Below are positions 40,918-48,424 of a DNA stretch of 64,000 bases, piece after piece. The notes beneath the pieces were generated by a model that did not search any database, was not told the origin of the DNA, and saw nothing but the letters and a program-made list of their open reading frames with translations. A program made the translations under genes and the position numbers. Source of the stretch: a virus (Duplodnaviria > Caudoviricetes); the IMG/VR virus record IMGVR_UViG_3300032227_000318, positions 32,001 to 96,000 of that record, one strand, 5' to 3'. How positions within the stretch are numbered: the first letter of the stretch is position 1; every line of letters starts with the position of its first letter.

Positions 40918-41720
40918 AAACTGCCTCGTGTTTCTATTCTAAATGCAATACTAGTAATGCCGCCTCTTGACTTAGCTCTAATATCCATTTTTATTTTCGA
41001 TTTAATTTTTCTAACATATGCATCATCTACGATATAGAAACCGCCAGGAGATATAACAGAGTTAGCTACCGCACCTTTATACTTATTTAATGTCTTTTGT
41101 CCTGTCAATGCTTCTTTGATTACTGCATCATAAAACTCTGGATTTTTCTCAACAAAGTCTACAAGATCGGCCATCAGTTCTGGTTTTTTATTTTGTAACC
41201 AGCTTTCATAGTCTTTATCTTTTCTTATTTTACCATTAATAAGAAACTCATCAATAATTTTTTTATTACCCTGTTCTAATATTCTTTCCATATTAGATTG
41301 TGACATTAATCGTGTCGGTAGAGACTCCATACTTCCAATTATCTGTTGAAGTATTTTTCTTTTGGATGAATTTTGTATTGAATCTGCCGCTGCACGAAAT
41401 AGTTCAGCGGTTGATGCGCCTTGGCCAGATGCCAACTGAATACCGCCTTCCATTTTTACAGATACGAAATACTTTTTTGATTTTGTTATAATGACAATAT
41501 CTGTTTTAGGTTCTGGATTTGCAAATATACCTTTATTACTAACGCCAGGGATAGCTTCATCTGAATGATATATATCAAATTCTTTAAATTTATTTTTAAT
41601 ATGTCTTACAGATTTTTCAGCCTGACTTTTAATCTTTGCAGAATAATTGCGACTAGGTTTATCGCCTCTAGCAAATTCAACTATAGCCCACTCTAAATCT
41701 ACGCCTTCTGATGCCGCCAT
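40914..41720 (-). CDS. Restriction-endonuclease-like PD-(D/E)XK protein
   Basis: PKTDI...VSVK..QL.S; late promoter CTAAATA upstream. Confidence 0.55.
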   Translation of the reverse strand: MAASEGVDLEWAIVEFARGDKPSRNYSAKIKSQAEKSVRHIKNKFKEFDIYHSDEAIPGVSNKGIFANPEPKTDIVIITKSKKYFVSVKMEGGIQLASGQGASTAELFRAAADSIQNSSKRKILQQIIGSMESLPTRLMSQSNMERILEQGNKKIIDEFLINGKIRKDKDYESWLQNKKPELMADLVDFVEKNPEFYDAVIKEALTGQKTLNKYKGAVANSVISPGGFYIVDDAYVRKIKSKIKMDIRAKSRGGITSIAFRIETRGSL

Positions 41721-41755
41721 ATTCAATACCTCTGTTTTAAGGTATTTAGCTGAAA

Positions 41756-41786
41756 TAAAAAAAGCGACCCGAAGGTCGCCTTTCTT
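41756..41786 (-). terminator. Intrinsic terminator
   Basis: GCGACC-TTCG-GGTCGC + T run. Confidence 0.85.
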
Positions 41787-42526
41787 TACTCTTCTTTGAG
41801 ATTGAGTTTGATCTTTGTTTGGTGATCTATTGGACACTTTCGTCCGTCTGGATACACACCTTGAAAGTAATGCTTTTCCCATGTCTTATCTATAGGTGTA
41901 TTTGGATTTTCTAACATGAGTCTATCAAAATCACCTCTACTCTTTGACCACTGCTCATAGTTCTTGGCCTCTTCTTCATGCAACTCTAGAGGTCTAACGA
42001 TAGAACGAAACTCTTCAGTATACTTTCTTTCCATTGGATAGAAAAACAAGAATGGTTCAAAAGGTTCAAATACAATCTCTCTGTCTGGCTCAGTCATTAT
42101 CCAGTTCATAGTGAATGTAGCTGGATTCCAATCAGTCTCAACAATACCTGTTAGTGGTGCAATGCCTCTCTTCGGATTGTTTGGTGTTCCTGATACATAC
42201 AGATTTACATTTTCTGGTGTACGAACAATAAAATCAGGATGAAAAGTAACTACACCACCGCCAAAGTGTGAGACACATATTCTATCACCGCCTTCGATAG
42301 TAATATCATCAACGTGGTTGCCGCCATTCCAATTTATCTTAATGCGCTGAGAAGTCGATACTTCAAAACCATTTAGATTTGCGATTGTAAGAGGAAGACA
42401 ACGGTACGCATATTTGTCTTGACTATTTTCCATCCATTCACGTTCACGAACACCCTTTCGGACATGAATAGTGCTTTGCCGATGTATACGATATAGAATA
42501 ATATCTTTCATAATATAACCTTTCAA
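41786..42526 (-). CDS. Conserved protein, dUTPase-like fold (DUF6065-like)
   Basis: AYRCLPLTIAN, SHFGGG, LTGIVETDW...FTMNW. Confidence 0.7.
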   Translation of the reverse strand: MKGYIMKDIILYRIHRQSTIHVRKGVREREWMENSQDKYAYRCLPLTIANLNGFEVSTSQRIKINWNGGNHVDDITIEGGDRICVSHFGGGVVTFHPDFIVRTPENVNLYVSGTPNNPKRGIAPLTGIVETDWNPATFTMNWIMTEPDREIVFEPFEPFLFFYPMERKYTEEFRSIVRPLELHEEEAKNYEQWSKSRGDFDRLMLENPNTPIDKTWEKHYFQGVYPDGRKCPIDHQTKIKLNLKEE

Positions 42527-42532
42527 ATCAAA

Positions 42533-42976
42533 TTATGACTTCTTCCCCATAGAGGCCTTGATCATCCAGTTCAGCTTTGAATGCGCTGTGATACGGTCTT
42601 GAAGGAAATTAGACAGTGCATAGACCTTTTGTTCTTCGGCCATCTCATAGGTCTCAACAACCACGTTCATTAAATTCTCATTGCAAGTAAATAGGTTACT
42701 CAACATGAAAGCTGCGGTTGGAATCTTTTCGTCTTCAGATATGATTGATAGCTCCTTCATACGTGTTAACGTCTGAGGCGCAAAAGCATCCAACTGACGG
42801 ATATGTTCCGCTAGTGGATCTACTGCTCCCTGATAGTCTTCATAGATAGTGGCAAAGAATTCATGGAGCTGAGGAAAATCAGAACCAATAACGTTCCAGT
42901 GGTATGCTTGTGCTTTTAGTCCTGCTGCAAAGGTTGATGCTAAAACAACCTTCAACTTTTCTACTAGTTCTTCCAT
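42533..42976 (-). CDS. dps: Dps / ferritin-like protein
   Basis: HWNV.G.DF.QLH..F..IYE..D.LAEHIR, H.K..WM. Confidence 0.9.
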   Translation of the reverse strand: MEELVEKLKVVLASTFAAGLKAQAYHWNVIGSDFPQLHEFFATIYEDYQGAVDPLAEHIRQLDAFAPQTLTRMKELSIISEDEKIPTAAFMLSNLFTCNENLMNVVVETYEMAEEQKVYALSNFLQDRITAHSKLNWMIKASMGKKS

Positions 42977-43007
42977 TATATTCTCCTAATATACATCTTT
43001 ATATTAA

Positions 43008-43099
43008 TGGCGGAAGGTAAGGGATTTGAACCCTTGGTACCTCTTGCGAAGTACGACGGTTTAGCAAACCGCTGCTTTCGACCGCTCAGCCAACCTTCC
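43008..43099 (-). tRNA. tRNA-Ser(GCT)
   Basis: Cloverleaf, long variable arm, CCA. Confidence 0.95.
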
Positions 43100-43100
43100 T

Positions 43101-43550
43101 TTATTCTGTAATCTCTATGTATGTATTATACTTGCCATACTCATTTACGATGTGATACAACCAACGTGCATTCTGAGGGCTAAGACGAACACAACCGTGT
43201 GATGCAGGCCGACCAAGCTTCTTTACTTCTGTTGTTGCGTGAATTGCATAACCGCCGTGAAAGAAGATAGAGTGCGGCATCGGTGCATTGTCATACTTAG
43301 ATGAATAGTGCATCTTCTTTACAAGATATGGTTGATACACACCAATCGGTGTACGATATCCCTTGCGTCCAGTAGAAACATCCCACTCATAATAATCTGT
43401 AGGAGTCTCTACATACATTTTCTGGTCGGACTTATCAACGCGAATGATCACTTCATGCTCACCAAGAGGTTCAACGCCAGCTTTAACACCTGTAGCCAGC
43501 ATAAAGATTGCCGCGGCCATCACAGCCAACATAACAAAAAACTTAGTCAT
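43101..43550 (-). CDS. L,D-transpeptidase (YkuD family)
   Basis: Signal peptide, VSTG..TP.G, AIH...ASHGCVRL. Confidence 0.9.
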   Translation of the reverse strand: MTKFFVMLAVMAAAIFMLATGVKAGVEPLGEHEVIIRVDKSDQKMYVETPTDYYEWDVSTGRKGYRTPIGVYQPYLVKKMHYSSKYDNAPMPHSIFFHGGYAIHATTEVKKLGRPASHGCVRLSPQNARWLYHIVNEYGKYNTYIEITE

Positions 43551-44048
43551 TTATTCTACCTTCGTTTGCGGTAAATGTTGAATAGCGTCTTTGTAACGGT
43601 CAGCACAGTAAGATGCTGCCCACGCATTTGGCTTCACTAGCGGCACAATGTTACACATACCACGAATGTAGCCAACAGCTTCATTTATAACACAGCTTGA
43701 ACCATGCTTCATGTCTGGATTAATGTCAAGATGGATTTCAGTTTCACGATCTTCTAGAACGTCATAAAGATCCATGTATAGTTGAGCCGTCTTCATCACT
43801 TCATTCATCAGACGCATACGAGGCTTATCTTTCTGCTGATCATAGTCACGTTCACGGACAATGCCACCAAATACCTTACAACCGTTCTTGCCGTTCTTAT
43901 GAACAACGACAACGTTGATGTAGTCGGCATGCCAAACACCATCAATCTGAAAACGTTCAGAGTCGCCACCTAGATATATCTTTGTTTCGGGAGTTTGTTC
44001 TTGAATGAACGCACGAACTTCGTCCAGGTTCATGTTCTTTCTGATCAT
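43551..44048 (-). CDS. RNase H-like YkuK family protein
   Basis: IYLGGDS, RLMNEV, EIHLDIN, KPNAWAASYCAD. Confidence 0.8.
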   Translation of the reverse strand: MIRKNMNLDEVRAFIQEQTPETKIYLGGDSERFQIDGVWHADYINVVVVHKNGKNGCKVFGGIVRERDYDQQKDKPRMRLMNEVMKTAQLYMDLYDVLEDRETEIHLDINPDMKHGSSCVINEAVGYIRGMCNIVPLVKPNAWAASYCADRYKDAIQHLPQTKVE

Positions 44049-44059
44049 TGTTAAGTTCC

Positions 44060-44443
44060 TTAAAAGACCTTCTTTGCTATCGATGAATAACTTTTTGGAT
44101 GAACTCCATCAGCACTAGCGAACGAAGATAAGTATACAACACCATCGCCATGTTGTCTAGCGATATTTAGAGCAATCTTTCTTGCTTTTGCGTTGTTATT
44201 GGAAAGAATCCAAATAACTTTACCAGATATTTTGTTTCTGAGGATATTAAGGTATTTGGAAAAATCTGCATTACCATCATTTGATCCGAGAGATATGACA
44301 GTAGTTTTTGAGGAAGGAATATATTTGTAAGAAACTACAAAGTTTTTGCTGTTTATGCCGACCTTTGCTATAGTCTTACACTGCGGAGTAACAGAACCAA
44401 CGCCAACAGCAATACTGTCGCCCAATATTAAACAATCAATCAT
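44060..44443 (-). CDS. SGNH/GDSL-like hydrolase
   Basis: GDSIA, SLGSND, DGVHP. Confidence 0.75.
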   Translation of the reverse strand: MIDCLILGDSIAVGVGSVTPQCKTIAKVGINSKNFVVSYKYIPSSKTTVISLGSNDGNADFSKYLNILRNKISGKVIWILSNNNAKARKIALNIARQHGDGVVYLSSFASADGVHPKSYSSIAKKVF

Positions 44444-44457
44444 TGTTAAGTTCCTAT
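44441..44457. repeat. 17-bp inverted-repeat partner of 49733-49749; 15-nt direct copy at 44046-44060
   Basis: CATTGTTAAGTTCCTAT vs ATAGGAACTTAACAATG. Confidence 0.9.
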
Positions 44458-44459
44458 AA

Positions 44460-44533
44460 TGGTGCCTCTATCCAGAATCGAACTGGAGCCAATCCCCTAC
44501 CAAAGGATTGTTCTACCACTATACTATAGAGGC
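44460..44533 (-). tRNA. tRNA-Thr(GGT)
   Basis: Cloverleaf, CCA. Confidence 0.93.
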
Positions 44534-44539
44534 AGTGAT

Positions 44540-44616
44540 TGGTGCGCCTGGAGAGACTCGAACTCCCAACATCCGGTTTCTAAGACCGGCGCCTCTACCA
44601 ATTGGACTACAAGCGC
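44540..44616 (-). tRNA. tRNA-Leu(TAG), short variable loop
   Basis: CCGGT-CTTAGAA-ACCGG, CCA. Confidence 0.9.
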
Positions 44617-44621
44617 GTTAA

Positions 44622-44697
44622 TGGTGCGAGATGAGAGGGTCGAACTCCCGACATCCTGCGTGTAAAACAGGCGCTACTACCACTGAGCTAATCTCGC
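44622..44697 (-). tRNA. tRNA-Val(TAC)
   Basis: Cloverleaf, CCA. Confidence 0.93.
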
Positions 44698-44704
44698 GTT
44701 AATT

Positions 44705-44778
44705 TGGAGCGGGTAGCGGGAATCGAACCCGCGCACTCTCCTTGGCAAGGAGAAAGGCTACCATTACATCATACCAGC
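44705..44778 (-). tRNA. tRNA-Gly(GCC)
   Basis: Cloverleaf, U73, CCA. Confidence 0.93.
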
Positions 44779-44796
44779 TTACTCTATATTTATAAT

Positions 44797-44872
44797 TGGT
44801 GCGTCATGGTAGAATCGAACTACCTTTTCCGGCTTATGAGACCAGCGGGATGTCCATCACCCCCCAAGACGC
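44797..44872 (-). tRNA. tRNA with CAT anticodon (Met or Ile2), atypical D arm
   Basis: CTGGT-CTCATAA-GCCGG, T arm, CCA. Confidence 0.8.
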
Positions 44873-44996
44873 ATTTACTTATGATTCTTGCCAAACCAAG
44901 ATATTTCTTTTATTCTTGGTCCCATTGCTATCGCAGAAGCAAGACATGCTTTATATATGGCGTCATATAGTTCTTTGCTCATGTTTATTTCCTAAA

Positions 44997-45074
44997 TGGT
45001 GCAAGGTCTTGGAATCGAACCAAGTTCTTCCGCTCTTCAGGCGGACGCTGAATTACCAAACTAGCTCACCTTGC
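44997..45074 (-). tRNA. tRNA-Phe(GAA), 5' end overlapped by endonuclease ORF
   Basis: TCCGC-CTGAAGA-GCGGA, CCA. Confidence 0.92.
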
Positions 45075-45688
45075 ATTATTCTATTATACTCGTTTTTCTC
45101 AATAATTACAATCTTTTTTTCTGGGTGCTGTTTCAGAACTGCTTCCATCTTTCTCTTATCATCGCCCCACCAGTAACCTTTTATCTCAAGGAATATATCT
45201 TGATCTATCAATTGTAGATCAGGCGTGTACGATTTTTTCTTGCCGTCCAATTCATATTCCCAAACATCTCTATGAACAGCAGGTTTATACCAATCAATTC
45301 CTAACTCATCAAGTTTCTTGGCTATGTTTAGTTCCCAAGTGCCTTGTAGTTTCTGTCCTTTATATTCAAACCATTTACATTTACCGCCACGATTCTTTAC
45401 ACTCTGTTCAACAGACAATCTTTTACGAGCTTCTTCCCCCATTCTTGTCGGAACAAATGAACCATTAGCTATCTTAGCCTGTATTGTCTGGCTGTTTTTC
45501 TCAGCAGTTCTTCGTATTTCTTCAGAAGTTTCTTTAGTCAGCCCTTTTCTGTGGCTAGGACGACCTTTAGATTTGCTTCCTGTTTTTTGTCCGTGAGCAA
45601 CGCCGTCTTTTGAATGCGATCTCCAAACATGAGCAACCTTAGCTTTATCGCTCTTTAGTTCTTTGTTACATATTGGGCAATAGATCAT
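45053..45688 (-). CDS. PD-(D/E)XK (TnsA-like) homing endonuclease with N-terminal zinc finger
   Basis: CPIC..H...H; QGTWE, YTPD...LEIKGYW; TATAAATA at 45705-45712. Confidence 0.8.
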   Translation of the reverse strand: MIYCPICNKELKSDKAKVAHVWRSHSKDGVAHGQKTGSKSKGRPSHRKGLTKETSEEIRRTAEKNSQTIQAKIANGSFVPTRMGEEARKRLSVEQSVKNRGGKCKWFEYKGQKLQGTWELNIAKKLDELGIDWYKPAVHRDVWEYELDGKKKSYTPDLQLIDQDIFLEIKGYWWGDDKRKMEAVLKQHPEKKIVIIEKNEYNRIMQGELVW

Positions 45689-45715
45689 AGTTCCTCCTAT
45701 GATCTATTTATATAA

Positions 45716-45750
45716 CAGGCGTATGTACGCACCAGCTATACCAAGGCAGC
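45716..45750 (-). pseudogene. 5'-half tRNA remnant truncated in the anticodon loop
   Basis: GCTGCCT-TG-GTAT-AGCTGGTGC-GTAC-A-TACGC-CTG then late promoter. Confidence 0.75.
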
Positions 45751-45756
45751 AGTTAT

Positions 45757-45903
45757 TCAATCACGAAGCAACTGAGGAGCTGATTCCGTCAAGTTCTTCT
45801 TTTCGTATTCTGCAAGTTTAATAGAGTATTGTTCGTTTGTCAACCCATGCCAACCGATACACTTACCAGTCGGACTTCTTCCACAACCACAATCTTTAGA
45901 CAT
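45757..45903 (-). CDS. CDGSH-like Fe-S microprotein (48 aa, not in ORF track)
   Basis: CGCGRSPTGKCIGWH 3Cys-1His pattern; GAGG RBS. Confidence 0.7.
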   Translation of the reverse strand: MSKDCGCGRSPTGKCIGWHGLTNEQYSIKLAEYEKKNLTESAPQLLRD

Positions 45904-45923
45904 TTATAACCTCATTCGTTAAA

Positions 45924-46011
45924 TGGCGGAAGGTGTAGGATTCGAACCCACGGAACCTTTCGGTTCTTCGCATTTCAAGTGCGATGCAATAGACCACTCT
46001 ACCAACCTTCC
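45924..46011 (-). tRNA. tRNA-Ser(TGA)
   Basis: Cloverleaf, long variable arm, CCA. Confidence 0.95.
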
Positions 46012-46019
46012 AATTTCGA

Positions 46020-46137
46020 TGCGATTTCTTAAAGTGGTTACGCCCTCCACTATTGTGATAAACGAGAGTTTCCAGTCAAGTACAGTCCACTCACAAACCT
46101 CTAGCTGCGGGATGACGGAACGCAGTACTTGCCGCCA
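46020..46137 (-). ncRNA. Candidate structured ncRNA
   Basis: After TTGACA-17-TAATAT promoter; stems CAAGTAC/GTACTTG, CTGCG/CGCAG, AGTGG/CCACT. Confidence 0.45.
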
Positions 46138-46176
46138 TGATGTATATATTACACTAAATCCCGCATATTGTCAAGT

Positions 46177-46536
46177 CTACCTTTTCTTCTTCCCTAAGAT
46201 TTCAACCTTGACTGTGCAAATTCCACCGCAACCAATCTTTCTAGCTGCTGCTCTTGATAGGTCTAAATGTCTGCCTCTAATGAATGGGCCCCTATCATTT
46301 ATTACTACTATTACTGATCTTCCTTTGTGTGTAACCCTAAGTCTTGTGCCAAAGGGTAGTGTCTTATGTGCTGCTGTTAAAGCATTTGGATTGAATCTTT
46401 GCCCGCTTGCAGTGATTTTATTTCTACTACATTCACCAGGCTTAGCGCAATCGTACCATGATGCTTTCATAGTAGACGCATAACTGGGCGCTGCAATTAA
46501 AAATAATGCAGCTAAGGTTGTTACTAATAGTTTCAT
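46177..46536 (-). CDS. RlpA-like double-psi beta-barrel protein
   Basis: ASWY, TASG, TAAHKTLPFGT, INDRGPF, DLSRAAA. Confidence 0.9.
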   Translation of the reverse strand: MKLLVTTLAALFLIAAPSYASTMKASWYDCAKPGECSRNKITASGQRFNPNALTAAHKTLPFGTRLRVTHKGRSVIVVINDRGPFIRGRHLDLSRAAARKIGCGGICTVKVEILGKKKR

Positions 46537-46552
46537 TATAGTTTTCCTTTAG

Positions 46553-46646
46553 TGGAGCATCTGACAGGATTCGAACCTGCATCGGATATTTCTATCCACG
46601 TCCAGTTACCTTACTCTCCGTTCGTAGCGGAGGGGGCTACAGATGC
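46553..46646 (-). tRNA. Rearranged tRNA-Arg(ACG)-like RNA
   Basis: Acceptor GCATCTG/CAGATGC, CTCCG-CTACGAA-CGGAG, T arm, CCA; no canonical D arm. Confidence 0.75.
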
Positions 46647-46652
46647 ATAGTT

Positions 46653-46727
46653 TGGAGGGGCTAACCAGATTTGAACTGATACCTCAAGGATTTGCAATCC
46701 CGTGCATTACCGTTTTGCTATAGCCCC
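46653..46727 (-). tRNA. tRNA-Cys(GCA)
   Basis: Cloverleaf, CCA. Confidence 0.93.
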
Positions 46728-46731
46728 GTAT

Positions 46732-46805
46732 TGGCTGCTCATCATGGATTCGAACCACAATACCCTGAGTCAGAGTCAGGAGTCCTACCGTTAGACGAAT
46801 GAGCA
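46732..46805 (-). tRNA. tRNA-Gln(CTG)
   Basis: Cloverleaf, CCA. Confidence 0.93.
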
Positions 46806-46810
46806 ACAAA

Positions 46811-46884
46811 TGGTACTGCCTAGTGGAATCGAACCACCGTATTGCGTTCCACAGACGCACGTTCTACCATTGAACTAAGACAGC
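46811..46884 (-). tRNA. tRNA-His(GTG), no G-1
   Basis: Cloverleaf, G1.U72, A73, CCA. Confidence 0.93.
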
Positions 46885-46889
46885 ATGAT

Positions 46890-46966
46890 TGGTTGCGGGT
46901 GTGAGTGCTGCCCTCACTATCTCCGGCTTATGAGACCGGCGGCTTATCTACCTTGCCCTACCCACT
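46890..46966 (-). tRNA. Initiator-like tRNA-Met(CAT), atypical T loop
   Basis: 1:72 mismatch, CCCGCAACCA end, T loop GGCAGCA. Confidence 0.75.
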
Positions 46967-47009
46967 TTATTTCTTATAGATTCTGAAATCTTTTTCTTTG
47001 TTAATGAAT

Positions 47010-47084
47010 TGGTAGAGCATACGGGAGTCGAACCCGTCTCTCATCCTTGAAAGGGATGTGACCTAACCGATAGTCGAATGCTCC
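47010..47084 (-). tRNA. tRNA-Glu(TTC)
   Basis: Cloverleaf, CCA. Confidence 0.93.
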
Positions 47085-47085
47085 A

Positions 47086-47160
47086 TGGAGAACCCTCTGG
47101 GATTCGAACCCAGGACAGACGGATTAAAAGCCCGCTACTCTACCACTGAGTTAAGGGTTC
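47086..47160 (-). tRNA. tRNA-Lys(TTT)
   Basis: Cloverleaf, CCA. Confidence 0.93.
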
Positions 47161-47165
47161 ATTGT

Positions 47166-47239
47166 TGGCTGGGAGACTAGGATTCGAACCTAGATAGCAG
47201 GAATCAAAATCCTGCGTCCTACCTTTAGACGATCTCCCA
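47166..47239 (-). tRNA. tRNA-Gln(TTG)
   Basis: Cloverleaf, CCA. Confidence 0.93.
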
Positions 47240-47245
47240 ATGAAA

Positions 47246-47319
47246 TGGTAGTTCCTACTGGTTTCGATCCAGTGATGCGCGGTTATCGGCCGCGAGTTTT
47301 ACCATTAAACTAAGGAACC
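47246..47319 (-). tRNA. tRNA-Ile(GAT), 5' end overlapped by HNH ORF
   Basis: CGCGG-CCGATAA-CCGCG, CCA. Confidence 0.9.
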
Positions 47320-47787
47320 ATATTTCTTTTTTCTATCTCTGCCTCGCCATGTGGTAGTTTGACTGTGGCAGTTTGGACAAAGACATTCTAAATTTTCTCT
47401 ATTGTTATTAGTTCTAATGCCGTCTTTGTGTTCAAGTTCAAGTGTTAATGGCTGATCTAACCATCGGTCATTACCACATCTATTACACTTGAAATTCTGT
47501 TCTTCTAAGACTTTTAGACGAATGGCCGCTCTGCTTTTGAAATCCGTGGTATCTCTATTCTTTCTTAGAATAGCATAATGCTCACTGAAAGCTACATTCG
47601 GCCCTATTTTCACACCTTTGTTCCAAGCAGTTCTCTCGCCTGTCTTAAAGGCGTGATTAGGATCAAAGTCAATACCCCTAATCTTTTTCTTTATAGGTCC
47701 GATACAAGCATCCACATGTCTATCAAAGTTATTTACGGTGATGTTTCTATCACATTTATCACAGTGTTTAGTTGGCTTTTTACTCAT
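47305..47787 (-). CDS. HNH homing endonuclease
   Basis: CNRCG, LELEHKDG...NN..ENLECLCPNCHSQT; ACTAAATA at 47811-47818. Confidence 0.88.
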   Translation of the reverse strand: MSKKPTKHCDKCDRNITVNNFDRHVDACIGPIKKKIRGIDFDPNHAFKTGERTAWNKGVKIGPNVAFSEHYAILRKNRDTTDFKSRAAIRLKVLEEQNFKCNRCGNDRWLDQPLTLELEHKDGIRTNNNRENLECLCPNCHSQTTTWRGRDRKKKYGSLV

Positions 47788-47820
47788 AGTTGTCTCCATA
47801 GTAGCACATCTATTTAGTAA

Positions 47821-47852
47821 AAGCGCCTACTCTACCATTGAGCTACAAGCCA
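47821..47852 (-). pseudogene. 5'-half tRNA remnant (Ile-like) truncated at the anticodon
   Basis: TGGCTTG-TA-GCTC-AATGGTA-GAGT-A-GGCGC-TT then late promoter. Confidence 0.8.
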
Positions 47853-47859
47853 ATATATT

Positions 47860-47975
47860 CCGTACACCTTGCAGGTTTAGCCCTTTCGCGAACTGAGTCA
47901 GCAATCCTGCATTCGTAAGCTTTCCCTCATGTTGGGCTTACTAGGTCTCCCCTGTCTTATCTAGAAAGACGGGTA
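47860..47975 (-). ncRNA. Candidate structured ncRNA
   Basis: Stems GTCTT/AAGAC, GTAAGC/GCTTAC, TGCAGG/CCTGCA, ACCT/AGGT. Confidence 0.45.
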
Positions 47976-47978
47976 ATT

Positions 47979-48064
47979 TGGTGGGTGAGAAAGGATTCGA
48001 ACCTTCTAAGTCATAGACAACGGATTTACAGTCCGCCACAACACGCCGTCGTTGCCGCTCACCC
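47979..48064 (-). tRNA. tRNA-Tyr(GTA)
   Basis: Cloverleaf, long variable arm, CCA. Confidence 0.93.
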
Positions 48065-48073
48065 GAACAAGTA

Positions 48074-48250
48074 TTATTCTTTTTCTGGCCACTGAACTAT
48101 TAAGTTTGGGTCAGTAACCTTTACATCATTAATACGAATGCCACCCTGTTCAATCAATCGTCTAGCTGCACTCTTGCTTTTTGCAAATCCAGCAGCAATA
48201 ACTATGTCGACTAACGAAACAGTTCTTGGTACAGTTATTTCAGGTAACAT
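48074..48250 (-). CDS. Stand-alone S4 RNA-binding domain resembling the TyrRS C-terminus (58 aa, not in ORF track)
   Basis: SLVDIVIAAGFAKSKSAARRLIEQGGIRINDVKVTD; AGGAG RBS. Confidence 0.8.
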   Translation of the reverse strand: MLPEITVPRTVSLVDIVIAAGFAKSKSAARRLIEQGGIRINDVKVTDPNLIVQWPEKE

Positions 48251-48341
48251 TGTATTCTCCTAAAAAGCGCCAACCTCACAGTTATTCGGCTGGCTGTTTG
48301 ACATTCATGACGCGCATCACTGCTACGTAGTCAGATCAAAT

Positions 48342-48424
48342 TGGTGCCAAGGGAGGGAATCGAACCCCCGATGTTTGTATGCCTCCTTACAAGAGAGGTG
48401 CTGTCGCCGCTGAGCCACCTTGGC
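48342..48424 (-). tRNA. tRNA-Thr(TGT), extended variable loop
   Basis: CCTCT-CTTGTAA-GGAGG, CCA; G1 is the last base of the HNH stop codon. Confidence 0.88.

Noticed and set aside
45716-47852. Self-splicing introns in tRNA anticodon loops
   Set aside because: Remnant 5' halves do not pair with the downstream 3' halves, each downstream tRNA is complete, and there is no room for a group I core
47860-47975. Hammerhead or theta ribozyme
   Set aside because: CUGAUGA/GAAA core not matched and no HDV-like fold discernible by eye
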